Made by a program: the position numbers and the translations under genes. 64,000 nt of DNA from a bacterium endosymbiont of Escarpia laminata (GTDB taxonomy: Bacteria > Pseudomonadota > Gammaproteobacteria > Chromatiales > Chromatiaceae): the NCBI GenBank assembly GCA_003660235.1, contig QGON01000065.1:87897-151896 (forward strand), given 5' to 3'. Within the stretch, counting starts at the first letter, position 1. Each line of letters starts with the position of its first letter. Below the pieces are notes generated by a model. That model did not search any database. It was not told the origin of the DNA and saw only the letters and a program-made list of their open reading frames with translations. Shown one piece after another: positions 1-11,400 of the stretch.

Positions 1-788
1 CCACTTTTGGCATCCAGAATTACCACTGATCCGGAAACCGCTTTGTGGGCCATCACCGCCTTCTTGAGTTCCCGATAAGCGAGAAACTGCAGGCGCCGGT
101 CGAGACTCAATACCAGATCATTCCCCGGCCGTGGGGACTGGATATTCTCCACCTCTTTGATCACCCGGCGGCGACCATCCATGATGACCCGCTTGGCGCC
201 ATTCACTCCGGAAAGCCACTCGTTGTAGGCCAGCTCCATCCCCTCCAGTCCCTGATCGTCAATGCCCGTCAGCCCGACCATATGGGCCATCACCTCGCCA
301 CTGGGATAGTAGCGCCGGTGCTCCGACTCCAGGCCAATCCCTTCCAGATCCAACGCCTTCACCTGCTGTGCCACATCCGGATTGACGCGCCGTTTGAGAT
401 AGACAAATCCCCGGTCACTGGCCAGCAGACGGCGTACCCTGTCAGGATTCAAATCCAGGATAGAAGCAATCGCACCAATCGTTTTACTGTCGGCCTTGAG
501 TTTGCGTGGGTTAGCGAAAATGCTTTTCACTGGGGTACTGATCGCCAGCGGTTCGCCATTCCGGTCGGTTATCATGCCGCGGCTCGCCCGCACCTTCATC
601 GGTTTCAGATAACGCTTCTCCCCCTGCTGCTGCAGGAAGGCGGTCTCGAATACCTGCCGATCAACCGAACGCCAGATCAGAGAACCGAAGGCAAAAGCAA
701 ACACAGCAAGCAGAAAAAGGCGACGAGCTTTGTAGCTCGGCACCTTGATCTTCTCAGCATGTCTCCGCTTTTTCTTCGATCCCGCCAT
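1..788 (-). CDS. ftsI: Penicillin-binding protein 3 / peptidoglycan D,D-transpeptidase, 5' part (runs off window)
   Basis: Manual minus-strand translation from ATG at 788: MAGSKKKRRHAEKIKVPSYKARRLFLLAVFAFAFGSLIWRSVDRQV...RASRGMITDRNGEPLAISTPV. N-terminal TM plus the RG-I-DRNG-LA-S PBP dimerisation motif; directly downstream of ftsL. Confidence 0.95.
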   Translation of the reverse strand, partial: MAGSKKKRRHAEKIKVPSYKARRLFLLAVFAFAFGSLIWRSVDRQVFETAFLQQQGEKRYLKPMKVRASRGMITDRNGEPLAISTPVKSIFANPRKLKADSKTIGAIASILDLNPDRVRRLLASDRGFVYLKRRVNPDVAQQVKALDLEGIGLESEHRRYYPSGEVMAHMVGLTGIDDQGLEGMELAYNEWLSGVNGAKRVIMDGRRRVIKEVENIQSPRPGNDLVLSLDRRLQFLAYRELKKAVMAHKAVSGSVVILDAKS

Positions 789-790
789 CT

Positions 791-1063
791 TCAACGCCTG
801 ATCACCACAACATCACCCCATCGCGGCCGGTGCATTTTCAACTCCCGATCCGCAGCCTTTTCAACTTTTGCATGGGTCGCCAGGGTGCTCTCCTCCAACT
901 GCAGACGGCCCCACTCAACATCGATCTGCCGCCTCTCGGCATGCAGCACCTGCAGCTCCACAAATGCCTTGCGACTCAAATACTTGGCATAAACGACACT
1001 GACGCCGGAGAGCACTACCGCCAACATCAATCCAGCCAGCGGGAGAAATTTGAAGTAGCTCAT
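791..1063 (-). CDS. ftsL: Cell division protein FtsL
   Basis: 90 aa, single TM plus leucine-zipper-like LQLEESTLA; lies between rsmH and ftsI. Confidence 0.95.
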   Translation of the reverse strand: MSYFKFLPLAGLMLAVVLSGVSVVYAKYLSRKAFVELQVLHAERRQIDVEWGRLQLEESTLATHAKVEKAADRELKMHRPRWGDVVVIRR

Positions 1064-1998
1064 GAGAGCCGCTCCGCCACCCGCAGCACCGCACTGCGGG
1101 ACCGGGGGTTTTCCTCTAACTCTGCCTTGCCGGCCCGGATGGCCTTGCCCAGCAGCCGTAACTTTGGATCCAGCTGGGCCTGGGTCACAGGCACGCCTGA
1201 CGGAAAACGGTCACCCTTCGCCTGATCGCGCATGAAACGCTTTATCATTCTGTCCTCAAGGGAGTGAAAACTGATCACTGCCAACCGCCCGCCCGGGGCC
1301 AACACTTCCAGCACCTGATCCAGAAAACGCTCCAGATCCTCAAGCTCCCGGTTGATAAAGATCCGGATGCCCTGAAAACAACGGGTGGCCGGATGTTTAC
1401 CCTTCTCCCAGGAGGGATTGGCCGCACTGACGATCTCGGACAACTGGCGTGTGGTCCTGATCGGCTGCTCCTGACGGGCTGCCACAATCGCACGGGCGAT
1501 ACGCCGCGCATGACGCTCTTCGCCAAAGGTTTTAAGCACATCCGCAATCTCCTTCGTCTCCGCACCCATCAGCCACTCGGCGGCGCTAAACCCCGCCTCC
1601 GGATCCATGCGCATATCGAGTGGACCCTCCTGCATAAAACTGAAGCCCCGCTCCGCCTGATCCAGTTGTGGTGAGGAGACACCCAGGTCGAGTAAAATGC
1701 CATCGACCTTACCGGTCACTCCCTGCTGTTCTGCAATCTCCGCCAACAGAGCGAAGCTGCCCCTCTCAATAACAAACCGGCCATCCCCAGCAAATACCTC
1801 CTGAGCATGGGTTATGGCCTCCGGATCCTTGTCGATACCGATTAAACGGCCGGCCTCACCCAAACCATCCAGAATCTGGCGGCTATGGCCACCACGTCCG
1901 AACGTTCCATCGATGTAGACGCCATCAGGACGAATAGCCAGTGCTGCCACCGACTCGTCCAGAAGTACCGGTCGGTGTGCTCTCGGTTCTTCCATCAT
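1060..1998 (-). CDS. rsmH: 16S rRNA m4C1402 methyltransferase
   Basis: Motifs [60 protein letters not shown]. Confidence 0.98.
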   Translation of the reverse strand: MMEEPRAHRPVLLDESVAALAIRPDGVYIDGTFGRGGHSRQILDGLGEAGRLIGIDKDPEAITHAQEVFAGDGRFVIERGSFALLAEIAEQQGVTGKVDGILLDLGVSSPQLDQAERGFSFMQEGPLDMRMDPEAGFSAAEWLMGAETKEIADVLKTFGEERHARRIARAIVAARQEQPIRTTRQLSEIVSAANPSWEKGKHPATRCFQGIRIFINRELEDLERFLDQVLEVLAPGGRLAVISFHSLEDRMIKRFMRDQAKGDRFPSGVPVTQAQLDPKLRLLGKAIRAGKAELEENPRSRSAVLRVAERLS

Positions 1999-2453
1999 CA
2001 GAGCGAGAGCGATTCCAGCTCGTCAGTCAGTTCCAGCCCTTCCTCATCGATCTTATTGAGCCAGTCATCAAGCTGCCGGCTCCAGACCGCCTCATCCCAG
2101 AGCTCGAATTTGTCCCCCTGTCCCACCAACGCCACCTTTTTGTCGAGACTGGCGAACTCTCTGAGTTCTGTCGGCAGGAGAATACGCCCCTGGCCATCCA
2201 TATCAGTTTCATGGGCGTATCCGATATAGAGTCGCTGTAGGTTCCGGGCTGATCTGCTTAAGGCGGAAAGCTTTTTGAGTTTCTCTTCAATCACCAACCA
2301 AGCTGGTTTAGGATAGATCAACAGACAACGATCTTTATCCCCAGTAATCACCAATTGAGAGGCACAGGTCTCCACCAGCCCGTCGCGATACCTGGTCGGT
2401 ATCGCCATACGGCCTTTAGCATCCAGATTGAGCTTGGAGACACCACGAAACAA
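1998..2453 (-). CDS. mraZ: Division/cell wall cluster repressor MraZ (probable TTG start at 2453, shorter than the track ORF)
   Basis: (M)[18 protein letters not shown] and D-QGRILLP-ELREFA motifs; 151 aa from the TTG. Confidence 0.95.
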   Translation of the reverse strand: MFRGVSKLNLDAKGRMAIPTRYRDGLVETCASQLVITGDKDRCLLIYPKPAWLVIEEKLKKLSALSRSARNLQRLYIGYAHETDMDGQGRILLPTELREFASLDKKVALVGQGDKFELWDEAVWSRQLDDWLNKIDEEGLELTDELESLSL

Positions 2454-2479
2454 AAAACTCCCCCCTTGGGTAAAATTTT

Positions 2480-2506
2480 CCCTATTTACCCACTTTATCC
2501 CACTTT
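2480..2506 (-). promoter_or_regulatory. MraZ operator direct repeats
   Basis: Minus strand AAAGTGGGAT-AAAGTGGGT-AAATAGGG: two exact GTGGG boxes at 10-bp period plus a degenerate third, upstream of mraZ. Confidence 0.7.
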
Positions 2507-2713
2507 CCATTCATCTTAGGAGTCGACACCCGGACCTGTCAAGGTCAATTAGGGAAAAATTCGTTTGCGTTCAGAGGGTTACAAGAGGAAGTTACACAGG
2601 AATAAGCAGTGAATTTCCATTGAAAATACAGCAGATTAAAGCTCAAAGCTAAAGTGGAGTATCAAGAAAACCGGGGGAAATCCGGACCAACGGGAAGAGA
2701 GGGGAGAAAAGTG

Positions 2714-3062
2714 GGAGCCGGCCTGTAAGCCGGGTTCTGTCGAGAACAGTCATTCATCTGGGATGTGCGTCGCCGCACACCTCAAGCAACCTACCCGGGA
2801 ACAGTGCGGGCCGCACCAATGTTCCCCTATTTGGTCTTGCTCCGGGTGGGGTTTACCCTGCCACTATCGTTACCGACAGTGCGGTGCGCTCTTACCGTCA
2901 CCATTTCACCCTTACCGGCCTCCGAAGAGGCTTAGGCGGTATATTTTCTGCGGCACTTTCCGTAGGCTTTCGCCTCCCAGGCGTTACCTGGCACCCTGCC
3001 CTATGGAGCCCGGACTTTCCTCCGCTTCACCAAGGTAAAACAGCGACTGTCCGGCCGACTCC
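2714..3062 (-). ncRNA. rnpB: RNase P RNA (bacterial type A)
   Basis: Minus strand contains GAGGAAAGTCCGGGCTCCATAGGGCAGGGTGCCAGGTAACGCCTGG near the 5' end and GACAGAACCCGGCTTA near the 3' end, with complementary termini. Confidence 0.98.
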
Positions 3063-3158
3063 CACAAGCAAGCTAATACGCTTCCCAACGAATTGCAAAT
3101 GTAATCCATCAAGAGAAACCATAATCCTGCCGAAAGAATAACTATGATATAAAAACCC

Positions 3159-4604
3159 ATGCAGGAAAAAGACTCCACAATGACAATAATACGCACCTCC
3201 AGCGCTGAGATCATCTCGGCTCCATTGGCTATTTTTTTTGCGTTTGCGCTAAATGGCCGGCTCTCAAAACTGTTCCTCTCGGGATACAACCTCTACGACA
3301 CCAAACGGATCCTGGAAATAGTCTTACTGCTGGGAATATGCCTGTTATTGCTTTTTTCCCACAAGCAGCGCCAGTTTTGGCTTACCCTCTTCTCCCAGTT
3401 AACCCGTCAAACAAAACTGCTGATCACCGGCATTATCATTTTCGGCGCAATATCTTCCATCGTTGCACCCATCCCGCAAGACGCTTTTCTCTCCCTTAGC
3501 CATGTAGTCCTTCTTTTCTTCTTTACACTGTTTATTGCAGTCCAAAGGCAGCATTACGGCGATTCATACGACAAGATACTGGTTCTCATCATTGTGCTCG
3601 CCGTAATCATCTACGAAGGTGCATTTATAAAATCATTTATTGATCATGCTGTTCAGGACAGGATTTTCTATTTTCACCCGGTTTTTGTAAACAGCCGCTT
3701 TCTTTGCCAGTTCCTAACCTGGACGCTTCCTCTGATCACGCTGCCAATATTCCTTGCACAGGAAAGCACACCGTCCAGGCGTAAACTGATCTTTTTATCC
3801 ACGCTATTGATCGCCGGGATCTGGTGGGCTACCGCCATTGCCAATGGGTCTAAAGGGAGTCTGTTTGGTCAACTCATTGGATGGATAGGGATTGCTATCA
3901 TCTTTCGCAACCGAGGTAAAGATTGGCTTCTCGTACAAGCTTACGCCCTGCTGGCCGGACTCTTTATCTTCTTCGTCTTCTTTGTGCCGGAACTCCGCTA
4001 CGACAATTTCGCCGCTGTTTCCCAGAGTCTCGTCAGCCGGATGGCATTGTGGGAACAGGCACTCCAGCTCATCAAGGACAATCCGCTTCTGGGCGCAGGC
4101 CCCTTGCACTACGCATATTTTCGTAACCCCTATGCTGCACACCCGCATAACAGCATGCTGCAAATCGCCTCTGAATGGGGAATTCCAGTACTGCTGATGG
4201 TCTCTCTTCTGGCTATCACCAACTTCACCACCTGGGTAAAACGAATCACGGCAAACCCGGTCCATCTTTCGCTGACTGCATCACTGCTCGCCGCTACATT
4301 TCACTCACAGATCAGCGGTGTATTAACCACGCCATTGAGCCAGATAATGATGTGTCTGGTCATCGGTTGGATGTACGGCATACGGCAACCTTTACAGATT
4401 GCACCAGACAGCTCAGTCAGTAACACCGCGAAGTGGGCTTTTTTGTTTGTTATGCTGCTCTCCATCGCAGGCGTGGCGCAGGGCATATTCCCTGAGGTTT
4501 TTTCTCTATCGGAACTAGGGATAGAGTGGCTAAACAGCCACGAGCGTTTCGAGGGCCATGCAACTTTCAATCCTCGTTTCTGGGGCCAAGGCTGGTTACG
4601 TTAA
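3159..4604 (+). CDS. O-antigen ligase / O-oligosaccharyltransferase family (Wzy_C) membrane protein
   Basis: Polytopic membrane protein with SRMALWEQAL...PLLGAG...HPHNSMLQIASEWG, the Wzy_C signature. Confidence 0.85.
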   Translation: MQEKDSTMTIIRTSSAEIISAPLAIFFAFALNGRLSKLFLSGYNLYDTKRILEIVLLLGICLLLLFSHKQRQFWLTLFSQLTRQTKLLITGIIIFGAISSIVAPIPQDAFLSLSHVVLLFFFTLFIAVQRQHYGDSYDKILVLIIVLAVIIYEGAFIKSFIDHAVQDRIFYFHPVFVNSRFLCQFLTWTLPLITLPIFLAQESTPSRRKLIFLSTLLIAGIWWATAIANGSKGSLFGQLIGWIGIAIIFRNRGKDWLLVQAYALLAGLFIFFVFFVPELRYDNFAAVSQSLVSRMALWEQALQLIKDNPLLGAGPLHYAYFRNPYAAHPHNSMLQIASEWGIPVLLMVSLLAITNFTTWVKRITANPVHLSLTASLLAATFHSQISGVLTTPLSQIMMCLVIGWMYGIRQPLQIAPDSSVSNTAKWAFLFVMLLSIAGVAQGIFPEVFSLSELGIEWLNSHERFEGHATFNPRFWGQGWLR

Positions 4605-4638
4605 CATCTAATCCTTCTACCGCGTCCATCATCGACTC

Positions 4639-6768
4639 ATGCAAACCGCACCAGACATCTTTTCCTACCGGCCATATTGGGCTAAACGCTTCGGCATCGC
4701 GCCGGTACTACCCATGTCCCGGGAGGAGATGGACGACCTGGGCTGGGACAGTTGCGATATCATCATCGTCACTGGCGATGCCTATGTGGACCATCCCAGT
4801 TTCGGCATGGCGCTGGTGGGCAGACTGCTGGAGGCCCAGGGTTTTCGTGTCGGCATCATCTCCCAACCAAATTGGCGCAACAGCGAAGACTTCCTGCGAT
4901 TGGGGCAACCCAACCTCTTTTTCGGCATCACCGCCGGAAATATGGATTCGATGGTCAACCGCTATACCTCAGACCGGCGCATCCGCAGCGACGACGCCTA
5001 CACACCGGATGGCGAGGGCGGCAAACGCCCGGATCGTTCCGTGATCGTCTACGCCCAGCGTGCCCGTGAGGCGATCAAGGGCGTGCCGATCATCATCGGC
5101 GGCATCGAAGCCAGTCTACGCCGCATCGCCCATTACGACTATTGGTCGGACAAGGTACGCCGCTCCATTCTGCCCGACTCCAAGGCCGACCTGCTCATCT
5201 ACGGCAACGCGGAACGGGCGCTGGTGGAAGTGGCTCACAGACTGGCAGCAGGGGAGAAGATCAGCGAGATCACGGATATTCGCGGCACCGGATTCATGTC
5301 GCAACAGATTCCGGCTGACCGGACGGTCATCGACTCAACTGAACTCGACACACCCGGTCCCAAAACCTTCCATCCCGACCCTTATCAGGCTGCACCTGAC
5401 TGCCCACAGCCTCAGGTAGTCATACCCCACAATCGTCCCCGCAAGCTCGATCGGGAGAAGACCCTGGTGCGACTCCCCTCCTACGATCAGGTTGTCGAGG
5501 ATGAAGTAATCTACGCCCACGCCTCCCGTGTATTCCACCTGGAGACCAACCCCGGTAACGCCCGCGCATTGGTGCAACGGCACGGAAACCGGGATGTCTG
5601 GCTCAATCCGCCACCGATCCCCCTAACCACCACAGAACTCGACCGGATCTACGAACTGCCCTACACCCGCAAACCCCACCCTGCCTATGGGGTGGCGAAG
5701 AACCCCGCCTGGGAGATGATCCGTTTCTCCATCAACATCATGCGCGGCTGCTTCGGCGGCTGCACCTTCTGCTCAATCACCGAGCACGAGGGACGCATCA
5801 TCCAGAGCCGCTCGGAAGACTCCATCATCCGCGAGGTGGAGACGATTCGCGACCAGGTTCCAGGCTTCACCGGCAACATCTCCGACCTTGGCGGCCCCAC
5901 CGCCAACATGTACCGGCTCAGTTGCAGGGACGAAAAGATCGAGGCCGCCTGTCGGCGCCTCTCCTGCGTCTACCCGGACATCTGTCCAAACATGGGCACC
6001 GACCACCGGCCACTGATCAAGCTCTACCGGCGCGCCCGCAAACTGCCCGGCATCAAACGGGTGTTCATCGCATCCGGCCTGCGTTACGACCTGGCGATAC
6101 GTTCGCCGGAATACATCAGGGAACTGGTCACTCACCATGTCGGCGGGTATCTGAAGATCGCCCCGGAACACACTGAATCCGGCCCGCTGGAACACATGAT
6201 GAAACCGGGGATCGGCAGCTATGACAAATTCAAAAAGCTGTTCGACAAATACTCTGCCGAGGCTGGCAAGGAGCAGTATCTGATCCCCTACTTTATCGCC
6301 GCGCATCCGGGCACATCAGACAAGGACATGCTCAACCTCGCCCTCTGGCTGAAACAAAACGGATTTCGACCGGATCAGGTGCAGGCCTTCCTGCCGACCC
6401 CTTTGGCCATCGCCTCAGCCATGTACCACACTGGCCACAGTCCACTGAAGAAGGTTCGACGGAATTCAGTCCGGGTTCCGGTTGCCACAGGTCTGAAACA
6501 GCGCCGCCTGCACAAAGCCTTTCTACGCTATCATGATCCGAAAAACTGGCCGCTATTGCGGGAAGCGCTGAAAAGTATGGGACGGGCAGACCTGATCGGC
6601 AACGGCAAGCGACACCTGGTGCCTGGCTGGCAGCCGAAAGAGGGGAGAAGAGAGGAAAACAGCAAAGGCAGGGGTGGCAAACGTTCTAACGTCGGATCGG
6701 CCCAGCCACAAAAAACAGGCCGGACTCAGCGCGGAAATAAAACGAAAAAAACTCGTCAAAAACGCTAG
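4639..6768 (+). CDS. ygiQ: YgiQ family radical SAM protein (UPF0313)
   Basis: [19 protein letters not shown]-terminus and [10 protein letters not shown] radical SAM motif. Confidence 0.93.
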   Translation: MQTAPDIFSYRPYWAKRFGIAPVLPMSREEMDDLGWDSCDIIIVTGDAYVDHPSFGMALVGRLLEAQGFRVGIISQPNWRNSEDFLRLGQPNLFFGITAGNMDSMVNRYTSDRRIRSDDAYTPDGEGGKRPDRSVIVYAQRAREAIKGVPIIIGGIEASLRRIAHYDYWSDKVRRSILPDSKADLLIYGNAERALVEVAHRLAAGEKISEITDIRGTGFMSQQIPADRTVIDSTELDTPGPKTFHPDPYQAAPDCPQPQVVIPHNRPRKLDREKTLVRLPSYDQVVEDEVIYAHASRVFHLETNPGNARALVQRHGNRDVWLNPPPIPLTTTELDRIYELPYTRKPHPAYGVAKNPAWEMIRFSINIMRGCFGGCTFCSITEHEGRIIQSRSEDSIIREVETIRDQVPGFTGNISDLGGPTANMYRLSCRDEKIEAACRRLSCVYPDICPNMGTDHRPLIKLYRRARKLPGIKRVFIASGLRYDLAIRSPEYIRELVTHHVGGYLKIAPEHTESGPLEHMMKPGIGSYDKFKKLFDKYSAEAGKEQYLIPYFIAAHPGTSDKDMLNLALWLKQNGFRPDQVQAFLPTPLAIASAMYHTGHSPLKKVRRNSVRVPVATGLKQRRLHKAFLRYHDPKNWPLLREALKSMGRADLIGNGKRHLVPGWQPKEGRREENSKGRGGKRSNVGSAQPQKTGRTQRGNKTKKTRQKR

Positions 6769-6853
6769 CCGGATCAGACTGAAAAAACATTTTGGCAGTC
6801 AGTTTTATTATTAATAATTTGTAACCTGAAGTTTCACTGAAATTCTTACCATC

Positions 6854-7721
6854 CTGAAAGTTGGCACTCAAGCCACCATGCGTAAGAGGAGTGAGACGAA
6901 AGTATTTTGCCGGGGATTGCGATGGCTGGGCCAAAGCCTGAGAAAATCCGCTGACAGTGCGTTATTGGCAATCAGCCTTCGCACATCGGAGAAGGCGAAA
7001 CTGGTTCGACCCTTTACGATATGACGCCGTTCAGGGTCGGCCTTGATGCGATCGGCATAAATCCAGGTAATCGTGGCGGCCATCATACAGAAATTCAGGT
7101 GATTGCTCACGGCATGGGCGTTACGCGTCTGGCTGCGGGCGCTGCCGATCTCCTGCTTGATCTCCTTGAAACCGGATTCAATCTTCCAGCGCGCCCCATA
7201 ATACTCGATGATCTTCTCAACACTTAGCGCCAGATCGGTGGTGAAGAATACGACCCAGCGGCTTTTACGATAGACCCACACCACCCGCACAGGGCAGCGC
7301 AGATTCTTGAGCATGAGCACTTGATCGTGGGCCAACACCTCTCGGTGCTTACCGTAGAGGAAGACCGGTAAAGAACGAGCCTGTTCCCGATAGTGAGTCG
7401 CCATATCTGCCACTGATCCCAGACGCCGGCCATACTTACGGGGCCGTCCACGCTGTCCGGCGCAAGGCGCCGGTGGCTGCTCGCAGAGCGTGATATTGGC
7501 CCGCAGTCGCGACAGCAACTCGAAGGAAGAGGTGGACTCACAGAGAGGTCGCCATAATCCAGCATTGCCAAACCAACTATCGGCCACCACCAATACCGGG
7601 GTATCGACAAAGTGTGCGGCCACTGCCATAAGCATCTCTGCAGCCTGGGTCATTTTGGATTGGAAGGCCACAGTACAGCCATCCTTCTGGGCCGTCTTGG
7701 CATTAGCCTTGAGGTCCTGCT
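6854..7721 (-). mobile_element. 5'-truncated IS4/IS701-like DDE transposase with one probable terminal repeat
   Basis: VLVVADSWFG and YGARWKIESGFKEIKQEIG motifs. The stop is followed immediately by GTGCCAACTTTCAG (6867-6854), a probable IS end. N-terminus is replaced by a non-coding structured segment; no partner repeat seen. Confidence 0.8.
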
Positions 7722-7920
7722 TCGCCACACCATTGCTTCGCTCGGTGCAGGCTACACAGCACTCCCTCAAATAATGGCGTGTCGGATGCGCTCTGCATAT
7801 TGCCTCCGCAGGCTACGGGATCTACGATCTCTTCGCCACTGCGGCAATACGCTCGCACCTACGCCTCCCGGGGACTACGCGCCTTCGCTTCGCTCTCCCT
7901 GGCGCGCAGCGAAGGAAGGG
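7722..7920. repeat. Structured non-coding element, copy A
   Basis: Several bulged hairpins; 7868-7913 matches 26822-26867 at 41/46 nt ungapped. Confidence 0.7.
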
Positions 7921-7997
7921 TAAAACGAAAAGGCACGAGAGGCTAATGAACGGAAAGAGCAATCTAATCAGATTGAGTGTCGCAGGACAGATATAAG

Positions 7998-8468
7998 TCA
8001 GACCTGACCCATGGCGTCCTGAACAAGTAACTCCAACTCATCGAGGTCGGGAATAAGCGCTGATTCACCACCAACGATTACCGGTTTCTGTATCACAACT
8101 CCCATCTCTTCATCTGTAGAGGCGGGTAGAATATTGTCACTGGTTACACGCACCAAACGGGGGATTGCCTGAGCAACCAAACCAATATATGGCAGCTCCT
8201 CATCACCATTCAGGGTATGGGTCACGATAATTCGGCCACGATGACCAGGGGCCTGAATCGGCTTGCCCATCAACCCTTCAAAAGAAACCACTGGAATGTC
8301 ATACTGTCGCCACTCGATAAATCCAAGCAGCCAGTCCGGCAGATTTGCCTCGGGTTCAGGTTTCCGGTAACCGACCACTTCCGCCACTGCGGCATTCGGC
8401 AGCAACAGCCGTTCCGATTCGAGCGGTATCAGAACGCTTCGCACCTCTGATGAGACAGCTTCACTCAT
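7998..8468 (-). CDS. chpC: CheW-like protein ChpC
   Basis: VRSVLIPL...LLLPNAAVAEV CheW-type fold; ATGA overlap with the chpA stop. Confidence 0.85.
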   Translation of the reverse strand: MSEAVSSEVRSVLIPLESERLLLPNAAVAEVVGYRKPEPEANLPDWLLGFIEWRQYDIPVVSFEGLMGKPIQAPGHRGRIIVTHTLNGDEELPYIGLVAQAIPRLVRVTSDNILPASTDEEMGVVIQKPVIVGGESALIPDLDELELLVQDAMGQV

Positions 8469-11400
8469 GTACTGCCTTCCGCCAGTACTTCATTGATATT
8501 CTCCAACAGATCGCTCTCCTGGAATGGCTTGCCGAGGCAGCGTTTTACACCAAGATCGAAGGCCCGCTGACGGTGTTTTTCACCAACGCGAGATGAGATC
8601 ATGATGATAGGTACCTTTTTATATTCAGCTGAGTTGCGCATATGACGCGCCAACTCGAAACCATCCATACGTGGCATTTCGATATCCAACAACATGATAT
8701 CGGGAACCTGTTCCTGCAACAGCGCCACCGCATCCACCCCATCTTTGGCGGTCACCACATCCATTTCATGGCGCTCCAGGAGGCGGGTGGTGACTTTTCT
8801 CACCGTGATCGAGTCATCCACGACCAAAACCCGCAGTCGTTCTTTTTCAACCCCAGCATCCGCAGCCTTGACAGCATCCGGCACTGCAAGCGCGTGAGCA
8901 GCACCCAAGCGTACCAACGTACCGGTATCAAGGATCAGGGCCACCCGTCCGTCCGCCAGAATTGTTCCACCGGTAATCCAGGGCACACTGCTTATTTGCT
9001 TGCCCAACGGCTTCACTACAATCTGGCGCGTACCCAACAATCCGTCAACCTGCAGCGCCACCTGATGTTCACCTGTATGAACAAGCAACATGGGGAACCA
9101 CTTGGCACTCTCATGCAGTTCGGGGGCACCCGCCATCATTAGCTGCCCCATGTTCTCGACTTTGTAGCTTCTGCCAGCGTAACTGTACCCCGTCTGCTTC
9201 TCAGCGTAGCAAGCACTCAATTCCTCGTGACTGATTCTGACCACACCCTCCACACTGCCGTGGGGAATGGCATAGACTTCTTCGCCAATCTGCACCAAAA
9301 GCGCATCTGTGATGGCCAGGGTCAGCGGCAGTCGAATGGTAAAACTGGTGCCGCGACCGGGTTGTGAGTCGATGCTAAGCGTACCGCCCAACTGCTTTAC
9401 CTCACTGGATACGACATCCAGCCCCACACCGCGGCCAGCAATCTGAGTCACCTCATCTGCTGTAGTAAAGCCGGGCATCAACACACACTGCATCAGATCA
9501 TCATCACTGATCTCCGCATCCTGGACAATCAGGCCGTGGTCGACAGCCTTGGCCTTGATGGCATCGATATCCATCCCACGCCCATCGTCTGAGATTGTCA
9601 GTACGATGTCGCCCGCTTCCCTCACCATGTAGAGCGAGACCACGCCTTGCTCGCCCTTTTCAGCCTGGGCTCGTTCAGAAGAACGCTCAATCCCGTGGGA
9701 AACCGCGTTGCGCAACAGATGCTCCAGGGCGGGAATCATCCGGTTGAGTATGCTTCGATCCATCTCGCCATCAGCGCCGAAGCTATCGAGACGCGCCTTT
9801 TTCCCTAACTGATCGGCAGTCTGCCGAACCACGCGCTGCAGCCTGGGCAACAACTGCGCAAAGGGAACCATGCGGGTGCGCAACAGACCGTCCTGTAGAT
9901 CGGTGGAAATACGCGACTGCTGTAGCAACAGTGTGTCTGTCTCACGCTGAAGATCGTCCATCAGGTGATAGATACTGTCGAGATCGCTAACCGTTTCAAT
10001 CAGTGCTCTGGAGAGCTGCTGCATATTGGAGAAACGATCGAGTTCCAACGGATCGAAAGCCGCCTTGTCCACATCGTCCTTCTCGTAGTCATCCCTTTCC
10101 CAACGATAGAGAATCTGGGCTTCTGTCTCTATCTCCAGCTTGCGCAGCTGATCGTGCAGACGGGCCACGGTCTGCTCCAACTCAGTCAGGTTAAACCCGA
10201 GCACACTGTTCTGTTGCTCCAAACGGGTGCGATAGATACTGATCTCACCGGCATTGTTAACCATGCGATCCATCAGTATGGAGCTGACACGCACTTGGTC
10301 CCGGGCCGGTCGAAAGATCGAACCGGACTCATCGGCCAGGGGCTCGACATCAGTCTCACCTTTAAACAGAGAAAAGGCTTTCTTCCAGACATCGGCTGGC
10401 GGCACACCCTCCTGCAGAGGCTCCGTCTCGTCAGGCTGTGTTGCCTTCTCCTCAACATTCGGGGATGGCGCTTCAGCCTCCTCCGTTTCCGGCAGAATCC
10501 GTTCGCCATCAACCTCTGCCAAACCCTTTTCCGACAGCAGGTCTTCAAGCTCACCTATCAGATTTTGAGGTTGATGTACCCTGCCGATACTGCCCGCCTC
10601 ATCCACCTGGGTGGCCAATCTATCCAGTGCTTGGCGCGTCAGATCAGTGACTGACTCGCTAGCTGGCAGCTGACGGTCAGCGACTCCGGTAAAAACAGTC
10701 TCCAGGGCATGGCTGAGATCCCCTACGGGCAGAATGCCAGCCAGCCGCGCACTCCCTTTCAGGGTATGAAGTGTACGTTGAATATCATCAATGAGCGTGT
10801 CGTTTTGAGAATCCCCCATCCACTGCTGGTAGGTGGACTCGATGGATTCGAGCAGCTCTCTTGCTTCCTCAACGAAAATCTCGATCAGCTCCGGGTCGTC
10901 GCCAACCTCGAACAGCGGCTCTTCCTGCATCAGCGGCAGAGAGATATCCTCACGGCCAGCCTCTGCTGCAATATCCTCTTCAACGTCCTCTGCAGAAACC
11001 GGTTCAAGCTCAATCGTCTCGGAGATTTCAGCCTCTTGGACATCGTCCTCCATCTGCCCGTCCTGCAGGGCATCAGATGTTTTCTCTCTGTCCTCTTCTT
11101 TTTCGAGCAGTTCGTGAGCGTGGTCGAGGCGATGCAGAAAATCCTCGGTCTCCGGTTCCTGCAGATTATGGTCAAGAAGCCACGCCAGCAGACCACGGAT
11201 AAGTGAGGCACCATCGTCAATAAAGGCAACGACCCCCTCATTGGCAACCTGATGATGAGACATCAGCGAATTCACATAGTATTCGAGCGCCTTGCTCAGA
11301 CCCGCAATGGATATGACGCCCGCCATGTGAGCACTACCGTGGAGGGTATGCAAAGCGCGTGAAACCTTTTCGGTCAGCGGAATGCCTTCAGCACTCGCTT

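Noticed and set aside
7722-7920. Group II intron or HEARO/omega RNA fragment
   Set aside because: No domain V (GAGCCG...GAAAG) motif and no RT, IscB or TnpB ORF; the CTACG words alone are insufficient.
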